A stretch of DNA of 34,563 nt from a virus: IMG/VR virus record IMGVR_UViG_3300034033_000050. One strand, written 5' to 3'. Below, piece by piece: positions 1-9,545 of the stretch. The position numbers were made by a program, and so were the translations under genes. Under the pieces are notes generated by a model, which did no database searches, was not told the origin of the DNA, and saw nothing but the letters and a program-made list of their open reading frames with translations. The stretch's first letter is position 1. Each line of letters begins with the position of its first letter.

Positions 1-137
1 GGAAAATCCCCATATACAACATCCGAATTAGAATTACAAAACGGATAGGAAGAACCTTGAGATTCACACGTTGGCAAATCAGAAGATACTCCCATACCAC
101 TAAAAACAAATAACACAGTCAAAATTAACCACTTCAT
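1..137 (-). CDS. Secreted Cys-containing hypothetical protein, 5' part only (runs off the left edge)
   Basis: Not in the ORF track. ATG at 137 preceded by AAGGAGAG. Translates MKWLILTVLFVFSGMGVSSDLPTCESQGSSYPFCNSNSDVVYGDF..., open to the window edge, with a signal-peptide-like N-terminus. Confidence 0.75.
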   Translation of the reverse strand, partial: MKWLILTVLFVFSGMGVSSDLPTCESQGSSYPFCNSNSDVVYGDF

Positions 138-236
138 ACCACTCTCCTTTTTATTATTATTGCCCACATTATAAGAACAATTTCATAAATAAAAGTTAAA
201 AAATAGCATATTCATAAATATATTTAAAATAAATAA

Positions 237-2186
237 TTAATTACTTATCAAAATAGCGGTATTATAGGGCGCATCAATCCAGTTTATAGTTTTTGATGAG
301 CCAACTAATCCGCACGATGGAATGCTTGCAACTTTCATTGAGCGAAAACAACGCACAATAGTCCCATCAGAAGAATAACCACAGCCCGCACTTAAAGAGC
401 CTGCTTCGGTACCATTAACCATTGGCCATGAATCACCTCGCCATGGATTAATCTCATAAACACATTGTCTATCTATAAGCTCCGGCAGGCAAGCTGGAGA
501 GTTAGGGTCGGCACATGTTCTTGTAGAAAAATAATTCTCATTTATAATCAGTTTTTCAATAACAGAGACTGGAGGCAACACTAATTTTTGACACAAGGAC
601 TCATGAGGCTTTGTGGTATTTGCTGGTTGGGTTGTACAATCAGCAGCCTTATCAGCAGGATTCACTATATTGGCATTAAATTTATTTTGCGCATCCGTTA
701 CAGCATTAACATCTGTTGCATTTATAAGTAAATCATAGTTATAAAACGGACTTGCCCCGGGACCTCCATCTTTAGCCCCGTCTTTATTTAAATCCCAAAA
801 CAAAGAAAGATACTCCTCACATAAAATCTTAGTAGTATCTGGGGCATATATTACACAACGCCCTTGAGAATCTGTCACTGCCAAATCAAGCACTGTTGTT
901 CCATTTATAGAGCCATCACAAGTTGTGGGGTATGATTTTTCAAGCTTTGTCCAAATAGCTTTTCCTCCTGCATCTTTCTTATACATCTCACAGTTACCAC
1001 CTCCAACAACGCAATATCCAGGAGGATTAGCGCCCAAACACGGGTCGGGCAGTGGTGGTGGACTAGTAGTACAATTAACAGCTGCAGAATTATCGCAACT
1101 TATTAGACGCCCATTTACAACGGCACAAGCCCAATCAGATTGTGGCGTCCCGTAGTATTGACTTGATTTAATTTCACCCAAAACCCCCATACCTGAACTA
1201 GCATAACCACTAATGTCACTATAAATAGTATCTAAACCATCATTAACTTTTGCAATTCCTGAACAATAATACTTTCTTGATTTTACTTGAAACCAAGGAT
1301 CTATTAATGCACGACATAAAAAAGCATAATCACCATGTTCATAATACCCATCTAATTGGCCAACAACATCACTTCTATTTAGAAATGTTTCTAACTGGGC
1401 ATCGGTCCCAATGTTTGGTCTTTGGCATGTGTAAGTCGGATATACCTCGTTAGTGATAATACTCTTTTCATTGATTGACAATTCAGACGGGAACCTATTC
1501 ATCATAGTTGTGGCCAATGCGTTTCTACCACTTGCTCCAGAGCCAAAATTTGAATTCATGATATTGTTAACATCCGAAGCATTTATAAAAGATGTTGCAA
1601 ATATCATCTGACTTATGTCATCTGTAGGATTACCGTTAGCACTCATTCTGTCCATGTTCATAAACTTTGTCATATAACCAGCATAACCTGGATATTGTCT
1701 ATAATAAGCAATATACACTGGATTTTTTATTGGCCTTGGGGGTAGCGCCACACCGCCTGGTTGATCAAGATAAGTTGCCATGTCAAACCTATATTTTGTA
1801 TTTGGATTTGAATATCGAGTTAAAACCGATCCATTGGGATCAACACGCCTTGTCACGCTTACAACATAAGGATGATTTAGCACTGTAGTTTCTGTGCTTC
1901 CAAACCTTTTGGCCCAATTAGGTTTTAAAAAACCATCTGCTTTTAATGTAGAAATAGGAATTTCATATCTAATATCGTTAGTTCCTACACGCAGATAATT
2001 ATTAAAACTCTTAGAATAAAACCAGTCATTGGCCGCATTTGCTAAGATACTTAAATCTTGCGCATCAGCTGCTGTTGAATTTGCTTTAAACTCATTAGCT
2101 AATTTAACCTTTTCAACATAATTTTCATTTTGCGAATAAGCAAACAAGCTTACTACCAACCCAATTATAATTATTATATATTTCAT
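237..2186 (-). CDS. Large secreted Cys-rich protein; candidate pilus-associated adhesin or mating-pair stabilisation protein
   Basis: Signal peptide MKYIIIIIGLVVSLFAYS. ATG at 2186 overlaps the upstream stop (TAATG). Cys-rich C-terminal half, Pro-rich linker, DLNKDGAKD Ca-binding-like motif. Function is inferred from its position at the end of the pilus operon. Confidence 0.55.
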   Translation of the reverse strand: MKYIIIIIGLVVSLFAYSQNENYVEKVKLANEFKANSTAADAQDLSILANAANDWFYSKSFNNYLRVGTNDIRYEIPISTLKADGFLKPNWAKRFGSTETTVLNHPYVVSVTRRVDPNGSVLTRYSNPNTKYRFDMATYLDQPGGVALPPRPIKNPVYIAYYRQYPGYAGYMTKFMNMDRMSANGNPTDDISQMIFATSFINASDVNNIMNSNFGSGASGRNALATTMMNRFPSELSINEKSIITNEVYPTYTCQRPNIGTDAQLETFLNRSDVVGQLDGYYEHGDYAFLCRALIDPWFQVKSRKYYCSGIAKVNDGLDTIYSDISGYASSGMGVLGEIKSSQYYGTPQSDWACAVVNGRLISCDNSAAVNCTTSPPPLPDPCLGANPPGYCVVGGGNCEMYKKDAGGKAIWTKLEKSYPTTCDGSINGTTVLDLAVTDSQGRCVIYAPDTTKILCEEYLSLFWDLNKDGAKDGGPGASPFYNYDLLINATDVNAVTDAQNKFNANIVNPADKAADCTTQPANTTKPHESLCQKLVLPPVSVIEKLIINENYFSTRTCADPNSPACLPELIDRQCVYEINPWRGDSWPMVNGTEAGSLSAGCGYSSDGTIVRCFRSMKVASIPSCGLVGSSKTINWIDAPYNTAILISN

Positions 2187-2617
2187 TACCAACTTCCTCT
2201 TGAGATTAATATTACAGGCCTTTCAAATGGCGCAGTGTTTTGAATTAAAATTGACGTACTAGACTCAGCAGCAAGTGGTACATCGACTCTTCCAGAAACC
2301 TTAGATGCTAACTTATTGTTTCTTTGTATTGTTGTTGACTCAGCGCCATAAGCAGATGAGTCAATAGCTGTACCCACGTTAAGCTCGCTATAAAAGTACT
2401 CTGCTCGACCACCAACTTCAGAATAGTAGCCACCAATAAAATTAGGAATATTTTCAACAGAGATGAGACAATCAAAACACCCTGTTCTATTCACCACGCT
2501 AACTTTAGTTTGCTCAACCAATGTTAAATAAGATTCACCACCGCCCCCGTTCCCTCCGTCCTTTGCAAAACAAGGAAAAGCAACACACAAAAAACAAATA
2601 AATAATATATATTTCAT
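2186..2617 (-). CDS. Small secreted protein (paralog-like to 2626-2949)
   Basis: Signal peptide; CxxC; NNKLAS; C-terminus PFERPVILISRGSW; GGAG RBS. Confidence 0.7.
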   Translation of the reverse strand: MKYILFICFLCVAFPCFAKDGGNGGGGESYLTLVEQTKVSVVNRTGCFDCLISVENIPNFIGGYYSEVGGRAEYFYSELNVGTAIDSSAYGAESTTIQRNNKLASKVSGRVDVPLAAESSTSILIQNTAPFERPVILISRGSW

Positions 2618-2625
2618 AATAACTC

Positions 2626-2949
2626 CTAAAATCCACCAAAATTAATTAAAACAACAGGCCTTTCATAGTTCTTTCTTGATGTAACCCATACAGCAACATC
2701 CAATCCAGATGACGATCCTAAAACACTTCTCATTACTGATGAATTTGCCTGTATCATACCTGCCTGTATTTTGTAATCACTTGCCAATACTCTTGCTACC
2801 TTATTATTCACACGAGTTAAAAAGGCATCTCTTTGCGCATTGTCTTCACAACTACATCCCATTCTTCTCAGCATTGGCATATCATAGTATTCAGCTGCAC
2901 TTGACCCCAATGTTATAAACAACCCAACAACCATTAATAATATTTTCAT
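2626..2949 (-). CDS. Small secreted protein (paralog-like to 2186-2617)
   Basis: Signal peptide ending SSA; CxC; NNKVAR; C-terminus NYERPVVLINFGGF; start overlaps the upstream stop. Confidence 0.7.
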   Translation of the reverse strand: MKILLMVVGLFITLGSSAAEYYDMPMLRRMGCSCEDNAQRDAFLTRVNNKVARVLASDYKIQAGMIQANSSVMRSVLGSSSGLDVAVWVTSRKNYERPVVLINFGGF

Positions 2950-4292
2950 TACTGTATATCCTCCAAAATCGTTAAAATGTCCCTTGACAAACTTTCCTTT
3001 TCCATTTTATTTAATGAGTCTTGTGCAACTGCGCGAACACTATGTTTAACATACTCATATCCATTAACATCCTCTGAGGACGCAACGTCAACGGGCATCG
3101 GATATTTAGCCCCATGTCCAATTTTAGCGTTATTTAGCCTACTCAAAAACTTGTTCGAACATTCTTTTTCTAAATCATCCATATCACCTTTTGCCAATAT
3201 GCTTCTAACTTTAGCATTATAGGAAGTTGAACCCATTGTATGAACGATTCCACAAACATACCTTCTTGAACCCCAACCTTCTTCAGCATCTTCAATGGGA
3301 AGCATTTCTTGATGCATTGCAAATTTTAAAGCTGAAGCTATATTTTTTCTTATAACCTTCACATCACTTCCTGAAGATGCTAAATCAACAAAACGACTTA
3401 ATCCTGTACCAACACTACTGCCATGTGATGTCATGATTACAAACACGCCATTTAATGCAAGCTGTATAGCAATGCGCGCAGACGTTGGGGTGTTAACCTC
3501 CCCGAAAAGAAAAATTTTATTAGGCTGTGATGGAAATTGACGTGAAGCATTGTGGCCAGCATCAATAAACCCTTGATCGCCTTTTACATCATACTGATCA
3601 CACCATCCAGAATCACCATGGGGCCCACTTATTAATAACTCTCTTGGGTTTTCAGCAGTAATTCCAGGACCTCCAAACAATCTCAACCGAGATACTAGAG
3701 CCGCGCCCATAACTGTCGATTTTCCATCTCCCGGCCCTCCAATGAAAATACCAAGGCCCCCGCGAGAAAGCTTGTTAGACATAAGTAATTCATATACGCC
3801 TATTGGCAACACTAGATTTTCTAATAATGGGTAAGTTCTTTGATGTATTCGAACAGCAAATCTAGAATACTCTACTGCCTCATCATAATGTATTCTTAAA
3901 GGTATATTGGTTACTTCTGTTTGATATTCATAGTCTTTATTTATTTTATTAAAATTGTAATTTACATAAAAATTTAACAATATATCTATTACCATATTAT
4001 TTATATTGCTTCCAAACTTTAATGGGTAACGCCTGGTGGTTCCAGAAACTGAAAAAAATGAAATTTTATATACTTGAGCAAATATATCTTTATTTCTCAA
4101 ATAATCAAACATTTCCTTTTTTACATCATCATTAGAAATTTCAGTTTCCCCTTTATTATTCGGATACTCGTTTTTATAAATTAACGATAAACAATCTGAG
4201 ATTTCCTCAGGCACCCTTATAACGATATCATTAATTCCAGGAATGCCATCTTTTAAACCCAATAATTCTCTTATTGTTGCCTTACTATTCAT
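2949..4292 (-). CDS. PilT/PilU-like (VirB11/GspE superfamily) ATPase
   Basis: Walker A GGPGDGKST, Asp-box-like TAENPRE, Walker B FLFGEV, His-box TSHG. Start moved to ATG 4292 (MNSKATI), which overlaps the upstream TGA (ATGA). Confidence 0.75.
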   Translation of the reverse strand: MNSKATIRELLGLKDGIPGINDIVIRVPEEISDCLSLIYKNEYPNNKGETEISNDDVKKEMFDYLRNKDIFAQVYKISFFSVSGTTRRYPLKFGSNINNMVIDILLNFYVNYNFNKINKDYEYQTEVTNIPLRIHYDEAVEYSRFAVRIHQRTYPLLENLVLPIGVYELLMSNKLSRGGLGIFIGGPGDGKSTVMGAALVSRLRLFGGPGITAENPRELLISGPHGDSGWCDQYDVKGDQGFIDAGHNASRQFPSQPNKIFLFGEVNTPTSARIAIQLALNGVFVIMTSHGSSVGTGLSRFVDLASSGSDVKVIRKNIASALKFAMHQEMLPIEDAEEGWGSRRYVCGIVHTMGSTSYNAKVRSILAKGDMDDLEKECSNKFLSRLNNAKIGHGAKYPMPVDVASSEDVNGYEYVKHSVRAVAQDSLNKMEKESLSRDILTILEDIQ

Positions 4293-4897
4293 AATGTTAT
4301 TAACTCCAATCCCACTGTACCACCTGTTGCATTGTAGGCAGAATCCAACCAATCTGGCAATAAAGCTAAATTGATATTTCCGTCTGCATTTTTAAAAATC
4401 ATATTATTTTGCACCCCACCCTTTGCCCTTAAACCCCAAAAAACATTCGCTAGGCTTCTCACAGAAGTTAATGCATTATCAGGGCTTAAATTAAAAACAG
4501 AAATCGTAAAGCCATCATTAACTGTTGCATCATTACTGGTTCCTGTTGTGCCTGGAACAAAAACAGACGGAATATTGTTAGCAACAGTTATAAATAATCC
4601 ATTTGCATCAACAAATCTATCATTAACAACATCATAATCCCAATCATCTGGTGCTAAGTTATGACTAACAACATAGGCATTTGTAACATGTAAAAAATCA
4701 TATTCATTATGTGAGTCGCGAACAATTGCATTTCTTAAAATCACAATTTCATCAACTGAGCCTTTAATTTTTATTTCTTCAATTTTCGCAGAGCCTTGTG
4801 CACCCACTTCTCTTAAAACAATAGCACTAATAATAATAATCACTATTAAAACCAATAATTCAGAAGCCCCTTTTTGTTTAGATATATTCAATTTCAT
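4289..4897 (-). CDS. Minor type IV pilin (PilS-like fold, non-canonical N-terminus)
   Basis: Class III leader KQKG|ASELLVLIVIIII; clear similarity to 4897-5499 (N..P..W.YD.VN..FV..NG; GF.I.V). Confidence 0.7.
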   Translation of the reverse strand: MKLNISKQKGASELLVLIVIIIISAIVLREVGAQGSAKIEEIKIKGSVDEIVILRNAIVRDSHNEYDFLHVTNAYVVSHNLAPDDWDYDVVNDRFVDANGLFITVANNIPSVFVPGTTGTSNDATVNDGFTISVFNLSPDNALTSVRSLANVFWGLRAKGGVQNNMIFKNADGNINLALLPDWLDSAYNATGGTVGLELITL

Positions 4898-5499
4898 TAC
4901 AATGTTACAAAAGCGATGTCAATCGCATTACTCTGACCCATAAAGTCTGTATCTGAATATTCAACAAGAGAAGGCAAAACACCTATCCCCATTCCGCCTC
5001 CTTCCATGTCAGCATAACCAGTCCCAAGAACTAAGGCATAAGTTTTATAAAACACTTGATTTAAGCTTTTATAATATTCCATAAATTGATCTCCATCTAC
5101 TTTTCTAACTATAATTTGAAAGCCGCTATTATTGGCATAATCAAGAGCACTATCTCCTGGCTTTAAGTTTGGCCCTCTTCCATTCACAACCGATAATATT
5201 TCACCGTTTGGTGTAACAAACCACTTATTCACAGAATCATAATTCCATTCATTTGGAACCATTGAATTTACTACTAAATAATTTTGATCAGCAAGGTGTG
5301 AATAATCTGGATGGTTCAAACCATCCTCAACAATATCTTTTTTTAATTGTAATATCTGTGTCGTTAAAGATGTCGATTTAGACTTTTTTAAAACAACAGA
5401 ACCTAAATAAAATACAGCTCTTGCAAAAACCAACGAAATCAAAATAACAACGATCATTGAAATTAAGGAAATACCTTTTTGTTTAGTTTTAAAATTCAT
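4897..5499 (-). CDS. Minor type IV pilin (PilS-like fold, lacks Glu5)
   Basis: Class III leader KQKG|ISLISMIVVILIS followed by a hydrophobic helix; paralog of 4289-4897. Confidence 0.7.
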   Translation of the reverse strand: MNFKTKQKGISLISMIVVILISLVFARAVFYLGSVVLKKSKSTSLTTQILQLKKDIVEDGLNHPDYSHLADQNYLVVNSMVPNEWNYDSVNKWFVTPNGEILSVVNGRGPNLKPGDSALDYANNSGFQIIVRKVDGDQFMEYYKSLNQVFYKTYALVLGTGYADMEGGGMGIGVLPSLVEYSDTDFMGQSNAIDIAFVTL

Positions 5500-5517
5500 A
5501 TTACACCTTTATAAATA

Positions 5518-5560
5518 AAAAGAACAAAAGTAAGCTCGTTTAGTCCAAGCTCACTTTTGT
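5518..5560 (-). terminator. Stem-loop after the major pilin (partial terminator or mRNA stabiliser)
   Basis: Minus-strand RNA ACAAAAGUGAGCUUG-gacuaaa-CGAGCUUACUUUUGU forms a 15-bp stem with G-U pairs, followed by UCUUUU. Confidence 0.7.
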
Positions 5561-5570
5561 ATAACAAACA

Positions 5571-6140
5571 TTATCCTTTCACAGACCACTTCATAACATT
5601 GTTATCAGCAGTACTTTCACATGATAATTGAACTGCAGCTGCTTTTGCTGCATCATAGGCAACAGTAGCATTGGCCTTCACAGACACCCCATTTAAATCC
5701 AAAGCATCATATAAACCCCATGTTTTTTGAACAAGTTCTTTACATTGCTCATTTGATAACCCGCCTGTAATGGTGTAATCAATCGTGTCATCAGCCACTA
5801 TAGTTGTTGCAACCGCAATATCTACAGGTAATGTATCACCAACCATAATAGAGGCCGTTGCGCCAGTTCCTGAACGATATCCTTTCATGATTGTCAAGTT
5901 TGCTAAAACAGGCTCAGTTAAACCGGTATAATTAGCACCGGTGAACTTTGCATCTTCTTTTACAGTGATCTTTGTTAATTGAACAAACTTACCAACTGCA
6001 TCCATTTTTGCTTTATCAACACCAGAGCCAGCAATTTTTGCAACCCCGCCAATGATAATTGCCGCAATAACTAGCACAATCGTAATTTCAATTAAAGTAA
6101 AACCCGATTGACCAGACTTCATGTTATTCATTTTTCTCAT
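5571..6140 (-). CDS. pilS: Major type IV pilin
   Basis: Prepilin site QSG|FTLIEITIVLVI; two C-terminal Cys (D-region); strong RBS; downstream hairpin; follows pilR. Confidence 0.8.
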   Translation of the reverse strand: MRKMNNMKSGQSGFTLIEITIVLVIAAIIIGGVAKIAGSGVDKAKMDAVGKFVQLTKITVKEDAKFTGANYTGLTEPVLANLTIMKGYRSGTGATASIMVGDTLPVDIAVATTIVADDTIDYTITGGLSNEQCKELVQKTWGLYDALDLNGVSVKANATVAYDAAKAAAVQLSCESTADNNVMKWSVKG

Positions 6141-6164
6141 TTCCTACTACTCCTAAATATAAAA

Positions 6165-7265
6165 TTAAAACCCAGATGATATTCTTGATGAATATTCCTG
6201 GACATCAGCCACTAGCCATAAATTTAGCATCATTACTAAAGTTATAAGCAAAGCGACAGTTACTAAACCAACCAAAGTGGTTGTCCTCATAACAGCAGTG
6301 CTCTTGTTGATTAATTGCTTAATCTCCATTCGAGCTATACTATTAATTCCTTCTTGCGAACTTTTGGCAGCAACAAACTTTACCAAAAAAGCTCGCGTAG
6401 ACTTGCTGAACAAGGCTACGTTATAAACATCAATAGGGTTTTGACCCTCTCTAGCCCTTTTCATCATTATATTAATATAATGCTTAAAGTAGGGATTTGC
6501 ATACTCAGCTGACTTCTCCAAAGCCTGTGCTTCTTTGAGTCCTGAATTCAAAAGAGCCGAATACGTTTTTAAAAAAATACTTGAACCAGATTTTCTATAA
6601 AACCCAAATGGAAAAACATGATTATCCAACCAGCGCCGAACCGATGTTGGCTTTCTAGGCATATACCAAATCATAAATGCCACAATTAAAATAAGCCCCA
6701 CCAATATAAAATACTTAACCTGTTGAAAAACCTCTGTGAATTTTAAAAACATCAGCATGTTTTCATCATTGTCAAAGAGATTTGGAATCATATGTTCAAA
6801 TAAAAGCATAATTCCTCTTGATGCCGGCAATAAAAACAACATAAAAAACGAAACTAAAGCCAAATAAAAAAAGAAAGTAATATACGTTTTCTTGATTGTA
6901 CCTCGTAATGGAACGGTTTCTTTTGTGTAATCTAACGCCAAAATATATGGCAGGTTCTTTTGCGAACTTACAGTACCCCCTGCAAGTAATTGAGTTTCTT
7001 GTTTGGGGAAAAATCGAGAAAACACCTCTGAAATATCACGACCTTCTTTTACAACATTTAGAGTAGCTTCATGAAAAAACAAATCAGATGAATTGACATC
7101 CTTGGCAATATCAGTATTCACCTCACATGTTTCCAAAATGCTTAAATCATTAACCGTATCCCTCATTGATTCATAATACATTTCTCGCCATGAAGAGCCA
7201 AAAACAAACAATTTAACAATGCCTCTTAACGGCGCGTATTCCCACATTAATTTAGCTAATTGCAT
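6165..7265 (-). CDS. pilR: Type IV pilus inner-membrane platform protein (PilR / GspF family)
   Basis: Three hydrophobic segments; FYRK...FL....ALLNSGL....AL.......NPY pattern typical of PilR/T2SSF; follows the assembly ATPase. Confidence 0.8.
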   Translation of the reverse strand: MQLAKLMWEYAPLRGIVKLFVFGSSWREMYYESMRDTVNDLSILETCEVNTDIAKDVNSSDLFFHEATLNVVKEGRDISEVFSRFFPKQETQLLAGGTVSSQKNLPYILALDYTKETVPLRGTIKKTYITFFFYLALVSFFMLFLLPASRGIMLLFEHMIPNLFDNDENMLMFLKFTEVFQQVKYFILVGLILIVAFMIWYMPRKPTSVRRWLDNHVFPFGFYRKSGSSIFLKTYSALLNSGLKEAQALEKSAEYANPYFKHYINIMMKRAREGQNPIDVYNVALFSKSTRAFLVKFVAAKSSQEGINSIARMEIKQLINKSTAVMRTTTLVGLVTVALLITLVMMLNLWLVADVQEYSSRISSGF

Positions 7266-9036
7266 AATTCAACTCCTCAGAATTTATTAGCACATCAGAT
7301 GGCTTGTGTTCTTGTAGCAATGTATATGCCAAATAAGAATCAATTTCACCCTTTTTAAAATATTTATAAATCATGTTCCCTATAGGCTCCCCTTCAACCC
7401 CGTTTGAGGGTTTATTGCTCCACAACTTATAAGCTTGAGCAAGTTTATAATCCAGTAACAAATCAACAACATCATTGTTATGTTCTGCAAAATCAAAACA
7501 TTCATATACCATATGTCTACCAATCACGCCAATTCCCTTACATGTACTGCAATTTGAATTAGAATGAGAGTTAGCATAAAGATACCTATCACTCTCAGAC
7601 TTCCCAAAAAAAGATTCTACCAAACGAGACTTTGTGCTTTGTGTATTACCGGTCTTCAAGGCAGCACCAACTGTCAAAGCGCAATCAGGACATAATTTTG
7701 GTACAAGCTTTTGAGTGACAATAAACAACATGAGATTATTAAGAAGTATTTGATTTGTCTTAATACCAAAATCTTCCTGAATTCGTGAAAAAACAGACGG
7801 CCAAGAACTAACGTGCATAGTTGATCCACATACATGTCCAGTACGCGCCGCTTCCATGGTTGCTGCTAACAATGTCTGGTCACGTATTTCACCAATTGAT
7901 ATTGCATCTGGTGATGAACGTAAAAATGATCGGATATAATTATTTGACTCGCTTATCCTTTTTTCCACGCCCCCCGAGGCCCCCAATTCAAAATGATTAG
8001 CACCTGAAATTTCAGATTCTGTGGGGTCATCTAAACACAATAATGTTTTAGTAAAGCCCAAGCTTTTAATGTAGGAGGAGCGCATATAATCATTCCATAA
8101 AGATGTCGCTGTTGTTGTCTTTCCAGAACCTGTAATACCCGTGATAAGAAAAAGTCCACTCGTTCTTGAAACAAGCTGAGTAAGTCTAAAACTAACAGCT
8201 TCAGAATAACCCAATTCTTTTAATGATTTCTTCTTCATATTAGGATTGAAAACAGATAGTCTCATAGAAAGACAAAGCTTGTTATTAATCGATGCTTTTT
8301 TTAAATTGCATCTTAACAGAACTTTAGAGCCTGATATATTAACAATATATGAGAAATCAACAGGGTCTAATTTACTTGAGGAAGTTAGATTTATACTAGG
8401 GATTTCAGTATCTGATTTTTGCAACATGGCCTGTATTACTTCATGTCCTATATTCTGGCTAAAAGGGCATTTCTTTAATCTCTTTATACCATGAATCTTC
8501 ATCATGATGCTTGTAGATTTTTCAGGTATTACATTAATATCAATATCTGACGCATCCTCTCTCATCGCTTCTATAATTACCTTTTCAAGCATTTTAAGCT
8601 TTGTAGAGGATACAATGTGATTTTGCGTAGATGAATTGGACGTGTAATATTGTATAATTACTTCTTGGTCAACAGAGTAGAGCTTACTTATTTTAATATT
8701 GGCTTCGCGCAATAAACTTAAAGTCATTTGTAAAATAGACTCAACGCCAACCACGTTGACATCAACACCAATGCGAACAACCGACTCATCTACTTCTTGG
8801 GTTACTTTATTTATGGGGTGATAAACAATTATAGCCTCTTGTTGCGTCATACTTACAATGGGCTTTCCATCGTCTCTAACATAATTTCCACCAAACTCCA
8901 AATCAATATACTCTGACACATGTTTATTACACCTATCACCCAAAGTCCTTTTTGGTTTTGTTAAAGTCGCGCCTTTAACCGTAAACCTCTTAGCTCTGGA
9001 TATCTTTGTTTTCACTGATTCGATAGGATTAGCCAT
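7252..9036 (-). CDS. pilQ: Type IV pilus assembly ATPase (PilQ/PilB/GspE family)
   Basis: Walker A GITGSGKTT; LRSSPDAISIGEIRD; TGH and TMH His boxes; tetracysteine CPDC...CSTC. Confidence 0.92.
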   Translation of the reverse strand: MANPIESVKTKISRAKRFTVKGATLTKPKRTLGDRCNKHVSEYIDLEFGGNYVRDDGKPIVSMTQQEAIIVYHPINKVTQEVDESVVRIGVDVNVVGVESILQMTLSLLREANIKISKLYSVDQEVIIQYYTSNSSTQNHIVSSTKLKMLEKVIIEAMREDASDIDINVIPEKSTSIMMKIHGIKRLKKCPFSQNIGHEVIQAMLQKSDTEIPSINLTSSSKLDPVDFSYIVNISGSKVLLRCNLKKASINNKLCLSMRLSVFNPNMKKKSLKELGYSEAVSFRLTQLVSRTSGLFLITGITGSGKTTTATSLWNDYMRSSYIKSLGFTKTLLCLDDPTESEISGANHFELGASGGVEKRISESNNYIRSFLRSSPDAISIGEIRDQTLLAATMEAARTGHVCGSTMHVSSWPSVFSRIQEDFGIKTNQILLNNLMLFIVTQKLVPKLCPDCALTVGAALKTGNTQSTKSRLVESFFGKSESDRYLYANSHSNSNCSTCKGIGVIGRHMVYECFDFAEHNNDVVDLLLDYKLAQAYKLWSNKPSNGVEGEPIGNMIYKYFKKGEIDSYLAYTLLQEHKPSDVLINSEELNYAIS

Positions 9037-9042
9037 TGTTCT

Positions 9043-9537
9043 TTATATACCAAGTTTGATATCGCCGCCCTTAGGCCTTGACACTCTCACACTGGAGTTA
9101 TTTATTTCTTTAACACTATAACCATTAAAGCTCTCGCCTTTGGCCAAACGGATCTTAGTCTTACCAATCAGAAACAATCCCACCAAACCATCATCCTCTA
9201 CCCATATACTAATAAGCTTTACAGGAGAATAATGCTTCTTTGATGATTTATTCCCTGCCCTAACTGGAGATTGTTGAGGCACGGGTTTTTTATTTATTTC
9301 ACCATTCACCTCACGCAACTTTGCAAGCTTTTCAGCTATCTTTAGCTCTCTATCAATATATTCAAGTTTATTCGCCTGGATATCCATTTGCTTATTAAGT
9401 TTCAAGGCATCATAGGGTTGAAGTTTCAATACCTCATCCACTGTCATTGACGACTCAAGACCTTCAGAACTCGTTGATTGACCCATGGCCATCTGGGTTA
9501 CTGCAACAGACCCTAATAATAAAAGTATATGTTTCAT
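9043..9537 (-). CDS. pilP: Type IVb pilus biogenesis protein PilP-like
   Basis: Signal peptide, coiled coil, Pro-rich linker, C-terminal beta domain (GESFNGYSVKEI); located between pilO and pilQ. Alternative GTG start at 9549. Confidence 0.65.
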   Translation of the reverse strand: MKHILLLLGSVAVTQMAMGQSTSSEGLESSMTVDEVLKLQPYDALKLNKQMDIQANKLEYIDRELKIAEKLAKLREVNGEINKKPVPQQSPVRAGNKSSKKHYSPVKLISIWVEDDGLVGLFLIGKTKIRLAKGESFNGYSVKEINNSSVRVSRPKGGDIKLGI

Positions 9538-9545
9538 GTTTAATC

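Noticed and set aside
237-2949. Shufflon / PilV variable adhesin system
   Set aside because: No prepilin leader on these proteins, no inverted partial ORFs or sfx-like repeats, and no adjacent Rci.
4293-4352. Upstream starts given for several ORFs (4352; likewise 2192, 14018, 16040)
   Set aside because: They overlap upstream genes; downstream ATGs give coupled junctions or proper signal peptides and RBS.
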